A stretch of DNA of 19,048 nt from Cyanobacteria bacterium RYN_339 (GTDB lineage: Bacteria; Cyanobacteriota; Sericytochromatia; S15B-MN24; JAQBPE01). The position numbers and the translations under genes were made by a program. Where the stretch lies: positions 1-19,048 of the forward strand of contig JAQBPE010000315.1 of assembly GCA_028287685.1 (NCBI GenBank). The letters are read 5' to 3'. Positions 1 to 7,627 of this stretch are shown one piece after another (position 1 is the first letter of the stretch; every line of letters begins with the position of its first letter). Under the pieces are notes generated by a model. That model was not told the DNA's origin. It searched no databases and saw only the letters and a program-made list of their open reading frames with translations.

Positions 1-445
1 CCTTGGAGGCCACGACCCAGATCGTGCCGCCCACCAGCGAGGCGGCGCCGGCCAGGGCCACGCCCTGGATGCTGTTCTTCGCCAGGGTCTCCACCGCGTC
101 GAACGCGTTGCGGATGCCGGTCATGACGCCGTTGACGGCGCCCTCCACGAAGCTGTTCTGCTCGTCGTCGAAGTGGACCATCACGCCACGCTCGCCGTTG
201 ATGCGGACTTCGGGCTGCGACTCGCGGTCACGGAACTTGAAGTCCAGGTGGTCGCCCCAGACCAGCACGCGCTCCGCCTTGCCGTCCTTGTTCCGGAAGC
301 CGATGATCATCTCGTCCATGCCGTTGCCCTTGGTCTTGGTGGCGGCATCTTCGGGCGTGACGTTGTCGCGCAGGTGGGCCATGCCCTGGACGTTCATACG
401 CCGGCCGTTGATCGTGATCACGTCGTTGCCGCGGATAACAGGCAT
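1..445 (-). CDS. hypothetical protein, N-terminal ~148 aa only (gene continues past window start)
   Basis: Absent from the ORF track because it has no in-window stop. Reverse complement of 1-445 reads ATG(445-443) MPVIRGNDVITINGRRMNVQGMAHLRDNVTPEDAATKTKGNGMDEMIIGFRNKDGKAERVLVWGDHLDFKFRDRESQPEVRINGERGVMVHFDDEQNSFVEGAVNGVMTGIRNAFDAVETLAKNSIQGVALAGAASLVGGTIWVVASK with no stop and GC-rich third positions. AGGAAGGA Shine-Dalgarno about 7 nt upstream (rc of 452-459). The overlapping plus-strand track ORFs 3..461 and 173..487 are S/R/P-rich antisense artefacts. Confidence 0.6.
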   Translation of the reverse strand, partial: MPVIRGNDVITINGRRMNVQGMAHLRDNVTPEDAATKTKGNGMDEMIIGFRNKDGKAERVLVWGDHLDFKFRDRESQPEVRINGERGVMVHFDDEQNSFVEGAVNGVMTGIRNAFDAVETLAKNSIQGVALAGAASLVGGTIWVVASK

Positions 446-650
446 CGGAGGTCCTTCCTAAGGAGAAACGGGTTCGGGTGCTGTTAGTGCTTATCCAGCC
501 GCGGGTCAGATATCCGGTTAACTTAAGATTAAGGCTAGGTTGAGGGAAGTTTATCCTTTTGATTAGGACACCTTAACGCGTTTCGCCCAGAGTGGCCCGA
601 CACCACGGTTTCCGCCAAGCGTGAGCAAGCGCACATGGGGGTGTTGGAGA
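446..650 (-). promoter_or_regulatory. AT-rich intergenic island; putative promoter/leader of the 1-445 gene and 3' flank of the 651-1562 gene
   Basis: Local GC falls sharply (ggttaacttaagattaaggctaggttgagggaagtttatccttttgattagg) inside an otherwise GC-rich window. Lies immediately upstream (minus sense) of the ATG at 445. Contains the nested palindromes GTTAAC/CTTAAG and a TTAAG direct repeat. No -10/-35 pair could be assigned with confidence. Confidence 0.35.
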
Positions 651-1562
651 TTAAGGGGAGGTGAACCCGGCCGCGATCAAGGGCAGCAAATCGGCATCGA
701 GCGCGTCGTCCGTCACGCCGATCGTGGCGCGAGCCAGGGCCCAGTGCTCCACGTGTAGCACCGATCCGCCGGGCTCGATCTTCGCCAAAGGGCCCAGCGA
801 CTCCACCTCCAGCATGTCGCCATTGGTGAAGATCTCGGTGTTGCAGCCGTGGTCCGGGTAGGTCGCATCCGGCAGGAGGGCGAACCGCTTCATGAACACC
901 TGCTCGTCCAGGGCGTAGGCGGCCCAGCCGAGCGAGTTCTGCATGCCGCACTTCTGCATGCTGGGCCGGGCCGGGTCCTGGCGGAGCTGCACGTAGCGCG
1001 TGCCCCAGGTCCAACGCGGGTCGGCCATGTCCGTGTAGTGCCAGAGCACCAGCGGGCGCGCCGGCAGCAGGGCCTCCGGCTGCGGGCGGTAGGGCTCCTG
1101 CGGCACGATCGCCCGCCCGCCGGGCGCCATGATCGTCACGGCCCACGGCGCCGCCTCGATCGCCCACAGGTTGCGGTTGATCAGCCGGTGGACCAGCGCC
1201 ACCCGGTCGGCGGACGGATCGAGCGTGATCGCGAGCTCCTTGGCGAGGCCGGTGCTGCCCTCGACGGCCTGGCGCAGTGTGAGCGTCCCCCCGTCGTAGC
1301 TGTAGGGCACGGGCCCGTTGTCCGGCCAATAGGTGCGGGGCTGCACCTCGGGCGCGTGCCAGAAGCGGTGCCCGCCATAGGGCAGCCAGGCCTCGTCCCC
1401 CGTCCGGCCCAGGTGATCGGGGAACTCCGTCAGGAGGTTGGGGCCGCCCACGAAGCCGAAGCGGATCACGCGTGGTCCGACGTCGGTGGTGGCGATCAGC
1501 TCGATGCTGCCGTTGGAGAGGCGGACGCAGTTCGGCCAGCCGCCATAGGTCACGATTTCCAT
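651..1562 (-). CDS. hypothetical protein, aldose-1-epimerase (galactose mutarotase)-like fold suspected
   Basis: Track ORF 651..1949(-). Upstream of the internal Met the frame is G/R-rich and non-protein-like, so the start is placed at ATG 1562-1560 (MEIVTYGGWPNCVRLSNGSIELIATTDVGPRVIRFGFVGGPNLL...). The N-terminal pattern hydrophobic-T-L-SNG-hydrophobic-EL ... GGR-I and the later GGHRFWHAPE resemble mutarotase-like beta-sandwich proteins. The product call is tentative. Confidence 0.55.
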   Translation of the reverse strand: MEIVTYGGWPNCVRLSNGSIELIATTDVGPRVIRFGFVGGPNLLTEFPDHLGRTGDEAWLPYGGHRFWHAPEVQPRTYWPDNGPVPYSYDGGTLTLRQAVEGSTGLAKELAITLDPSADRVALVHRLINRNLWAIEAAPWAVTIMAPGGRAIVPQEPYRPQPEALLPARPLVLWHYTDMADPRWTWGTRYVQLRQDPARPSMQKCGMQNSLGWAAYALDEQVFMKRFALLPDATYPDHGCNTEIFTNGDMLEVESLGPLAKIEPGGSVLHVEHWALARATIGVTDDALDADLLPLIAAGFTSP

Positions 1563-1598
1563 CGCGGCATGATAGCAGGCGTCGGGTATACGGGGAGC

Positions 1599-2567
1599 AT
1601 GAAAGCCAGAATCGCGGCCGCCGCAGCGGCCATCGTGGGCCTCGTCGCGCTGACCGCCGTGGGGCATGCCGAGCCTCCCCCCGGCCCCGGCCCGACCGCC
1701 CCCGCCCCGGACTGGCTCGTGGAAGGCTCCGACCAGGCGCCGGGCCCCGACGAACTGAACGTGCGCTGGCTGGGCACCGCGGGCTTCGAGATCCGCAGCG
1801 CGCGCGCCGCGATCCTGATCGACCCGTACTACAGCCGGCTGCCGATCCTGAAGTTGCTGGGCGGCAAGGTCAAGCCCGACATGGCCGCGATCGCGCGCGA
1901 AATCCACCCGGCCCAGGGCGTGTTCGTCAGCCATGGCCACTTCGACCACCTGCTAGACGCGCCCGAGGTGGCGCGCAAGCTGAACTGTCCGCTCTACACC
2001 TCGTCGCAGGGCGAGCAGCTGGCGGAGGCCGAGGGCCTGCCCGCGGCGCTGCGCAAGCCGATCGTGGACGGCACCCACGTGCAGGTGGGCGACCTCGACG
2101 TGGAAGCCGTGCAGTCGAAGCACTCCGACATGATCACCCAGTGGCTGGCCGGCGGCGAGATGACGGCCCCGGCCTTCCCGATGGGCTTCACGGGCTACAA
2201 GAACGGCCCCACCTACGGCTTCCTGATCAAGTGGCGCGGCCGCACGCTCTACCACAACGGCACGGCGCAAATCGTGGAGAGCGCCATCCGGGGCCGCCAC
2301 GCGGACGTGGTGCTGATGTGCGTCAGCGGCTGGACCGCCACGGAACACCTCTGGGAGCGCGTGGGCGCCGCCTTGACGCCCCGCGTGCTGGTGCCGATGC
2401 ACGATGACGACTTCTTCAAGCCCATCAGCGAGGGCTTCGTCGAGAACCCCCTCGCCAAGCGCCAGGCCGCCTTCGAGGCGATGCGCGCGGCCATGCCCGA
2501 CACCGCGATCGTGACCGTGGGCCTGAACGGCAGCGTGCGCCTGCGCGGCGCGGAGCCCACCAAGTGA
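1599..2567 (+). CDS. MBL-fold metallo-hydrolase, secreted (signal peptide)
   Basis: In-frame part of track ORF 849..2567. Start ATG 1599 (MKARIAAAAAAIVGLVALTAVGHAEP, signal-peptide-like) preceded by GGGGAG. HGHFDH (HxHxDH) metal-binding motif of the metallo-beta-lactamase superfamily. The upstream in-frame extension is R/G-rich antisense of the neighbouring gene. Confidence 0.8.
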   Translation: MKARIAAAAAAIVGLVALTAVGHAEPPPGPGPTAPAPDWLVEGSDQAPGPDELNVRWLGTAGFEIRSARAAILIDPYYSRLPILKLLGGKVKPDMAAIAREIHPAQGVFVSHGHFDHLLDAPEVARKLNCPLYTSSQGEQLAEAEGLPAALRKPIVDGTHVQVGDLDVEAVQSKHSDMITQWLAGGEMTAPAFPMGFTGYKNGPTYGFLIKWRGRTLYHNGTAQIVESAIRGRHADVVLMCVSGWTATEHLWERVGAALTPRVLVPMHDDDFFKPISEGFVENPLAKRQAAFEAMRAAMPDTAIVTVGLNGSVRLRGAEPTK

Positions 2568-3946
2568 GGGCCGCCTTCCTGGCTGCCGCCCTGCTGCTGA
2601 CCAGCTTGCCAGCCAGGGCCGACGTCCCGCTCTCCGAGCCTATCAGGAGGCTCCAGCAGCTGTTGAAAGTGCCCAGCATCAACCCGCCCGGCAACGAACA
2701 GGCCTGTGCGGACCTGATCGCGGGCTGGCTGCGCGAAGAAGGCATCGAGCCGCATGTCTACGCGGCTGTACCCGGCCGGCCCTGCGTGATCGCGCGGCTG
2801 AACGCCGGCGCCGCGCCGGACCCCGCCCACGCGATCATGGTCATGGGCCACACGGACGTCGTGCCGGTGGAGGTGGCGCGCTGGAGCCAGCCGCCGTTCG
2901 CCGGTGCGATCGTGGACGGCAAGCTCTGGGGGCGCGGCGCGCTCGACATGAAGGACCTGGTGGTGATGGAGCTGGAAGCGTTCATCCAGCTCAAGCGCGA
3001 CCACGTGAAGCTGAACCGCGACGTGATCTTCTGCGCCGTGCCCGACGAGGAAGCCGGCGGCGCCCAGGGCGCGCGCTGGCTGATCGCCAACCACCGCGAC
3101 GAGGTGCAATGCGAGGAGCTGTTGAACGAAGGTGGCAGCGGCCTGGCCTCCGCCGACGGCGAGCCGTTGATGGGCATCCAGGTGGCGGAGCGCGGCACGT
3201 TCTGGACCCGCGTCACCGCGACCGGCAAGCCCGGCCATGGCTCCCAGGACCGGCCGGACAGCGCCCCACGCAAGCTCTTGCGGGCGTTGGCGCGGCTGGA
3301 GGCGGCGCCCCGCCACTTCGAGCTGGGACCGGAGACCGGTCCGATGCTGGCCGCCATGAGCGGCACCCAGCGCGGCATCAAGGGCCTGATGCTGGCGGCG
3401 CTCGCGAACCCGATCTTGATGCCCTTGCTGGCGCCCACGGCCGTCTCGAAGGAGCCGATGCTGGGCTCGATGTTGAGCAACACGGTTAACCCCAACGTCA
3501 TGAACGTCGGCCAGAAGGTCAACGTGGTGCCGGCGGAAGCCAGCGTCGAAATCGACATCCGCATCCTGCCCGGCCACACGACCACGGAGACCATGGCCTG
3601 GCTGAAGCAGACCCTGGCGGACCCGGAGCTGCGCATCGACGTGCTCCAGGCCCAGGAGCCTTCGCGCTCCACGCCGGACGGCCGGATCTACCGCGCCATG
3701 GCCGCGGCGGCGCAGGCCGCCTACCAGGGCATCGCGGTGGCGCCGATCATGACGCCGGGCGGCGCCACGGACTCGGCCTTCTTCCGCCCGCTGGGCGTGA
3801 AGTGCTACGGCTGCGCGCCGATCCTGGCCACGGCGCAACAGCTCGCCAGCATGCATGGCGACGACGAGCACATCACGCTGGAGCAGATGGAGACGGGCAC
3901 GGGCATCGTCTGCGACGCGCTGAAGCGCGCGGCAACCTCGCCTTAG
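2564..3946 (+). CDS. M20 family metallopeptidase (ArgE/DapE/CPG2-like), secreted
   Basis: GTG start overlaps the upstream stop (GTGA at 2564-2567), so co-transcribed with the MBL gene. N-terminal signal peptide MRAAFLAAALLLTSLPARA. M20 motifs HTDVVPV and GRGALDMKD. 460 aa, ending in TAG at 3944-3946. Confidence 0.85.
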   Translation: MRAAFLAAALLLTSLPARADVPLSEPIRRLQQLLKVPSINPPGNEQACADLIAGWLREEGIEPHVYAAVPGRPCVIARLNAGAAPDPAHAIMVMGHTDVVPVEVARWSQPPFAGAIVDGKLWGRGALDMKDLVVMELEAFIQLKRDHVKLNRDVIFCAVPDEEAGGAQGARWLIANHRDEVQCEELLNEGGSGLASADGEPLMGIQVAERGTFWTRVTATGKPGHGSQDRPDSAPRKLLRALARLEAAPRHFELGPETGPMLAAMSGTQRGIKGLMLAALANPILMPLLAPTAVSKEPMLGSMLSNTVNPNVMNVGQKVNVVPAEASVEIDIRILPGHTTTETMAWLKQTLADPELRIDVLQAQEPSRSTPDGRIYRAMAAAAQAAYQGIAVAPIMTPGGATDSAFFRPLGVKCYGCAPILATAQQLASMHGDDEHITLEQMETGTGIVCDALKRAATSP

Positions 3947-4106
3947 AGCACCAATCAACTAGTCTGGCCGCGTCCTGCTTGTCCTGCACGCCAGGGTCGT
4001 CGTCACTCGTCGGTCACGTGCCTTCGGGCACGCTCCCTCCTCGTTCCTAGCCCCTGACGCGCAGGCCTGCGCATGCCACTGGCCAGACTAGTTGATTGGC
4101 ACTCTA
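3944..4106. repeat. 163-bp element bounded by 26-bp near-perfect inverted repeats (MITE/REP-like or structured bidirectional terminator)
   Basis: Left arm 3944-3969 tagagcaccaatcaactagtctggcc. Right arm 4081-4106 ggccagactagttgattggcactcta, whose reverse complement is tagagtgccaatcaactagtctggcc (24/26 match). Each arm begins exactly at the TAG stop of a convergent gene (M20 peptidase on plus, PAS kinase on minus). The 111-bp core has a perfect 6-bp stem with TTCG loop (cgtgcc-ttcg-ggcacg, 4017-4032) and the 14-nt palindrome gcgcaggcctgcgc (4059-4072). Confidence 0.5.
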
Positions 4107-5237
4107 GTTATGCAGCCGGACGGTGAAGGTCGAGCCCTCACCAGGCGAACTCTCCACCATGATCTCGGCCCCCAAGATCTCGCACAGCTGCTTGGCGATC
4201 GCCAGGCCCAAGCCCGTGCCCCCGTAACGCCGAGAAATCGAGGCGTCCGCCTGCTGGAACTGCTGGAACAAGCGGCTCAGCTGCTCGGGCGAGATCCCGA
4301 TGCCGGTGTCTCGAACAACAAAGGCCACGGTTCCATCGTCCTCGCGCGCGGCATGCAAGCTGACGGTGCCGTTGCTGGTGAACTTGCAGGCGTTGCTGGT
4401 CAGGTTCAGCAAGACTTGCTTCAAGCGCAGGGCGTCCGTGAGGCACGTTCCGAGCCCGGGGGCCGCCTGCCCCTGAAGCACATTGCCGCTCTTAAGCGCT
4501 AGCGGCTCGCTGATCGCCATCACCTCGGCCACCAAGGATGCCAGGTCAACCTCCTCGAGGTAGAGCTCCATCCGGCCCGCTTCGATCTTGGCGAGGTCGA
4601 GGATGTCGTTTATCAGTTGCAGCAACTGTTGGCCGGCACCGTTGATCTTCTGGAGGTCGCACACCATGGCGTCCTGGCCTTCGTCTTCCGCTTCCTCGCT
4701 CAGCATCTCGCTGTAGCCGATGATGGCGTTGAGCGGCGTCCGGAGCTCGTGGCTCATCGTCGCGAGGAACTCGCTCTTCGCTTGGCTGGCCGCCTCCGCC
4801 AGATCGCGCGAGCGGGCCAGGTCCGTGAGGTAGAGGCGCTCCTTCGAGATGTCGGTGCTGGTCGATATGACGTAAACCGGCTGGCGTTGATCGTCTCGAT
4901 GCAGGAGCAAGCGAAGGTCGGAGACGATCTCGACGCCGTCTTTCCGGGTCTCGACCGCCAGGCCCCGCCAGGTGCCCTCCCGCAACAGCAACGCCAATAT
5001 CTGGTCCATTGGCAGGTCGAAGCGCGTCTTCAAGAGGTCGCCCGGGTGCCGGCCGAGCGCCTCGTCTGCCTCGAAGCCATACATATCCATGGACCCGCGG
5101 TTCCAGTAGGTGATGCGGATCGGGTCGAGCGCGATCACCTTGATGCCACACGGCACTTCCTCGAGCAGCCGAGTCTTCTCTTCCAGGTCGCGCGTGCGCT
5201 CGGCCAGCCGGCGCTCCAAATCCTCGGGATATGTCAA
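4104..5237 (-). CDS. cytoplasmic PAS-domain sensor histidine kinase (orphan; no response regulator in window)
   Basis: Track ORF 4104..5366(-). HisKA H-box [11 protein letters not shown] and HATPase_c motifs DTGIGI and [14 protein letters not shown]-like segment [25 protein letters not shown] after a coiled-coil leader. No TM segment. Start placed at TTG 5237-5235, which has GGGGG 6 nt upstream. The track start TTG 5366 would overlap the upstream gene by 56 nt and encode a P/R/S-rich non-protein-like segment, so the start is uncertain. Confidence 0.75.
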   Translation of the reverse strand: MTYPEDLERRLAERTRDLEEKTRLLEEVPCGIKVIALDPIRITYWNRGSMDMYGFEADEALGRHPGDLLKTRFDLPMDQILALLLREGTWRGLAVETRKDGVEIVSDLRLLLHRDDQRQPVYVISTSTDISKERLYLTDLARSRDLAEAASQAKSEFLATMSHELRTPLNAIIGYSEMLSEEAEDEGQDAMVCDLQKINGAGQQLLQLINDILDLAKIEAGRMELYLEEVDLASLVAEVMAISEPLALKSGNVLQGQAAPGLGTCLTDALRLKQVLLNLTSNACKFTSNGTVSLHAAREDDGTVAFVVRDTGIGISPEQLSRLFQQFQQADASISRRYGGTGLGLAIAKQLCEILGAEIMVESSPGEGSTFTVRLHN

Positions 5238-5310
5238 ATTCGACCCCCAATGCAGGACCAGCGCTACATTGTAGCACTCCGCACCCTGCGCGGGTCGGCG
5301 CCTCGGCGCG

Positions 5311-5988
5311 CTAAAACGCGGCGAACAGCGCCGCGGGAAGGTGTGGGTTGAACTCGTACTCGGCAAAGGCCATGCGGTAGACCACGTGCCCCGCCTCGTA
5401 CATCTCGCGCAGCAGCGGGAAGCGCGTGGTGCGGTCCAGCCAGATCAGCTCGCGCTCGATGCCGCGCAGCAGCTTGGGGCCGCGCGCCTCGATGCACTCC
5501 GCGGCGCGGCCGGCGATCGTGGCGGGGCCGACGTACTTCACGTGGGTGCTGGGGTCTTGCAGCATGGGGATTTCCGTGGCCAGGCTGACCTCCTGGACGG
5601 AGTAGCCGCGCAGGTTACAGATGCGGTTGTCCTTGACGGGCAAGGTCACGGCCAGCGGCACGCCGTAGAAATGCGTGCTGACGCGCGCGCGGGCGGCGCC
5701 TAGCCAGGTCACGGTGGTGCCGTTGGCCGCCGGAAACTCCTTGGCGTCCAGTACCGTCAGCGCGATGTTCTGCGGCCGGGCGTAGACCAGCTTGAGCGCC
5801 ATGTGGCTCTCTTCGCGGCCTTCACGCGTCACCACGTCCAGGTGCGCGGAGAAGGAGCTTGTCTTGGCATAAGCCGCCAGGAACTGCGCCACCAGGGCAT
5901 TGCCCCTCGCGTCGCCCTGGGCGACGGCCGAGGGGGCGAACCACAGGACGGCAAGCGCCGCCCCAACCGACTTGCGAAGCACCTGCAT
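5311..5988 (-). CDS. LolA-like secreted protein (outer-membrane lipoprotein carrier fold)
   Basis: Signal peptide MQVLRKSVGAALAVLWFAPSAVAQG. ALVAQFLAAYAKTSSFSAHLDVVT parallels the LolA N-terminal LxxxLxxVxSFxAxFxQ signature. ATG 5988-5986 lies 1 nt after the upstream stop (TAG c ATG), suggesting translational coupling. Confidence 0.65.
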   Translation of the reverse strand: MQVLRKSVGAALAVLWFAPSAVAQGDARGNALVAQFLAAYAKTSSFSAHLDVVTREGREESHMALKLVYARPQNIALTVLDAKEFPAANGTTVTWLGAARARVSTHFYGVPLAVTLPVKDNRICNLRGYSVQEVSLATEIPMLQDPSTHVKYVGPATIAGRAAECIEARGPKLLRGIERELIWLDRTTRFPLLREMYEAGHVVYRMAFAEYEFNPHLPAALFAAF

Positions 5989-5989
5989 G

Positions 5990-7573
5990 CTAGACGGAGG
6001 CAGGCGCGAGCTTGCCCAAATCCTTCAAGACCTTCATGGCCGCGTTGTGCCCGGCCGCGCCGACCACGGAGCCGGCCGGGTGGCAGCCGGCGCTGGCAGA
6101 GTAGAGCCCCTGGATGGGCGTCTGGATCGGCAAGCGGTCCGAGAAGGCGAAGGCGTTGTCCACGTGGTGGATGTGGCCGCGCGTGATGCCGAAGTAGCTC
6201 TCGATCTTCTGGGGATGCAGCGGGTGCGTGTCTACCACCAAGTCGGAGGTGCCCGGCGCGAAGCGGTCGCAGATCGAGAGCAGGTGCTTCACGTAGCGCT
6301 CTTCCTCGGCTTCCCAGGTCGTGCCCTTGAGCTCGTAGGGCACCCACTGCACGAACAGGGCGGAGTTGTGGTGGCCGTCGGCGTCGCGCAAGGTCGGGTC
6401 GATGGTGGTGTGGATGTACCACTCGATGGTGGGGAACTGCGGCAGGCGGCCTTCCTGGACGTCCTTGAAGCCGTCGAGCAAGCTCTGGATCACCACGTCC
6501 TCGTCGGGCAGCAGGTGGATGGTGGGGCCGAACTGGCCGCGGTCTTCGGGCAGGCACTTGAACTTGGGCAGGCCCTTCAAGGCCAGGTTGATCTTCATCG
6601 TGGTGCCGTCGCGCTTGTAGCCGTCCAGGCGCTTGTTGTAGTCCTCGGGCAGGTGCTGCGAACCAATCAGGTCGCGCATGCGGAACGGGTCGGCGTTGCA
6701 GACCACCACGTCGGCCTTGATCTCCGTGCCGTCCTTCAAGACGACGCCCTTGGCGACGCCGTTCTGCATCACCAGGCGCTCCACCGGCGCGTTGACCTCG
6801 ATCGTGGCGCCTTCCTTGATGGCCTGGGCGGCGATCTTCTGCGTGATGGCGCCCATGCCGCCTTCCACGATCATCCAGGTGCCATCGCTGCCGGGCAGGC
6901 GGCACATGTTGTGGGCCAGGAAGTTGGAGCCGGTGCCGGGCGTGTCCCAGGTGGCGTTGAGGCCGGAGAAGCCGTCCGTCACCGCGTACATGGCCTTGAG
7001 CAAGTCGCTCTTGAAGCCGAAGCGCTCGAGGTAGTCGCGCACGGGCTTGCGCACGAGGTCGATGAAGATCTGGCGCAGCTCCGGGCGCACGAACTTCTCG
7101 GCGGTCGCCTCGATCGTCAGCGCGTCTTCCAGCCAGCTGGGCGCGACGTCGTCGCGGATCTGGCCGATTTCCTTCTGCAGCGCCTCGTTGGCGCGCCAGT
7201 CGGCGTCGGAGAAGAACTGCACGAACTGCTGCTTCATCGCGGCCTGGTCCGAGCCGAACAACAGGTAGCGGTTGTCGGTGGTGGGCAAGAAGTAGTGCGG
7301 ATCGCGGCGCTTGAGCTTGAGGTCGATGCCCATCTTGTTGATGAGCTCCGGCGGCATCACGCCCAGCAGGTAGGCGCCGGTGGAGGTGGACAGGTTCGGC
7401 GCCTTCTTGAAGGGCTTCTCCGTACGGGCGGCGCCGCCGACGATGTGCTTGTCTTCCAGCACCAGCACGTCCAGCCCCTGGCGGGCCAGGAACAGGGCGG
7501 AGACCAGGCCGTTGTGGCCGGCGCCGATCACGATCACGTCAGCGGTCGTCTTCAATTTAACCTCCATTGGCAT
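5990..7573 (-). CDS. FAD-dependent oxidoreductase, phytoene desaturase (CrtI) family
   Basis: Real part of the chimeric track ORF 5990..9853(-). N-terminal Rossmann dinucleotide motif DVIVIGAGHNGLVSALFLARQGLDVLVLE followed by GGAARTE. About 527 aa ending in TAG at 5990-5992. Start taken as ATG 7573 (MPMEVKLKTT); ATG 7567 or 7612 are alternatives, but 7612 would lie 16 bp from the divergent gene start. Confidence 0.8.
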   Translation of the reverse strand: MPMEVKLKTTADVIVIGAGHNGLVSALFLARQGLDVLVLEDKHIVGGAARTEKPFKKAPNLSTSTGAYLLGVMPPELINKMGIDLKLKRRDPHYFLPTTDNRYLLFGSDQAAMKQQFVQFFSDADWRANEALQKEIGQIRDDVAPSWLEDALTIEATAEKFVRPELRQIFIDLVRKPVRDYLERFGFKSDLLKAMYAVTDGFSGLNATWDTPGTGSNFLAHNMCRLPGSDGTWMIVEGGMGAITQKIAAQAIKEGATIEVNAPVERLVMQNGVAKGVVLKDGTEIKADVVVCNADPFRMRDLIGSQHLPEDYNKRLDGYKRDGTTMKINLALKGLPKFKCLPEDRGQFGPTIHLLPDEDVVIQSLLDGFKDVQEGRLPQFPTIEWYIHTTIDPTLRDADGHHNSALFVQWVPYELKGTTWEAEEERYVKHLLSICDRFAPGTSDLVVDTHPLHPQKIESYFGITRGHIHHVDNAFAFSDRLPIQTPIQGLYSASAGCHPAGSVVGAAGHNAAMKVLKDLGKLAPASV

Positions 7574-7627
7574 GCTTGAACGCTCTATGTTAACACCGGG
7601 TGCGCGTTTCATGGTACGAATCCAGCC

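Noticed and set aside
461-650. Possible tRNA or small RNA gene in the AT-rich island
   Set aside because: No cloverleaf-compatible segment was found (no T-loop GTTCRAnYC with matching acceptor stem). The region is more simply explained as promoter or terminator DNA.
849-2567. 572-aa plus-strand ORF fusing upstream sequence to the MBL hydrolase
   Set aside because: The upstream 250 codons are antisense to the mutarotase-like gene and non-protein-like. A clean signal-peptide start exists at ATG 1599.
5238-5366. TTG 5366 as start of the PAS histidine kinase
   Set aside because: It would overlap the upstream LolA-like gene by 56 nt and add a P/R/S-rich segment with no protein character. TTG 5237 with an upstream GGGGG is preferred, though the true start is not proven.
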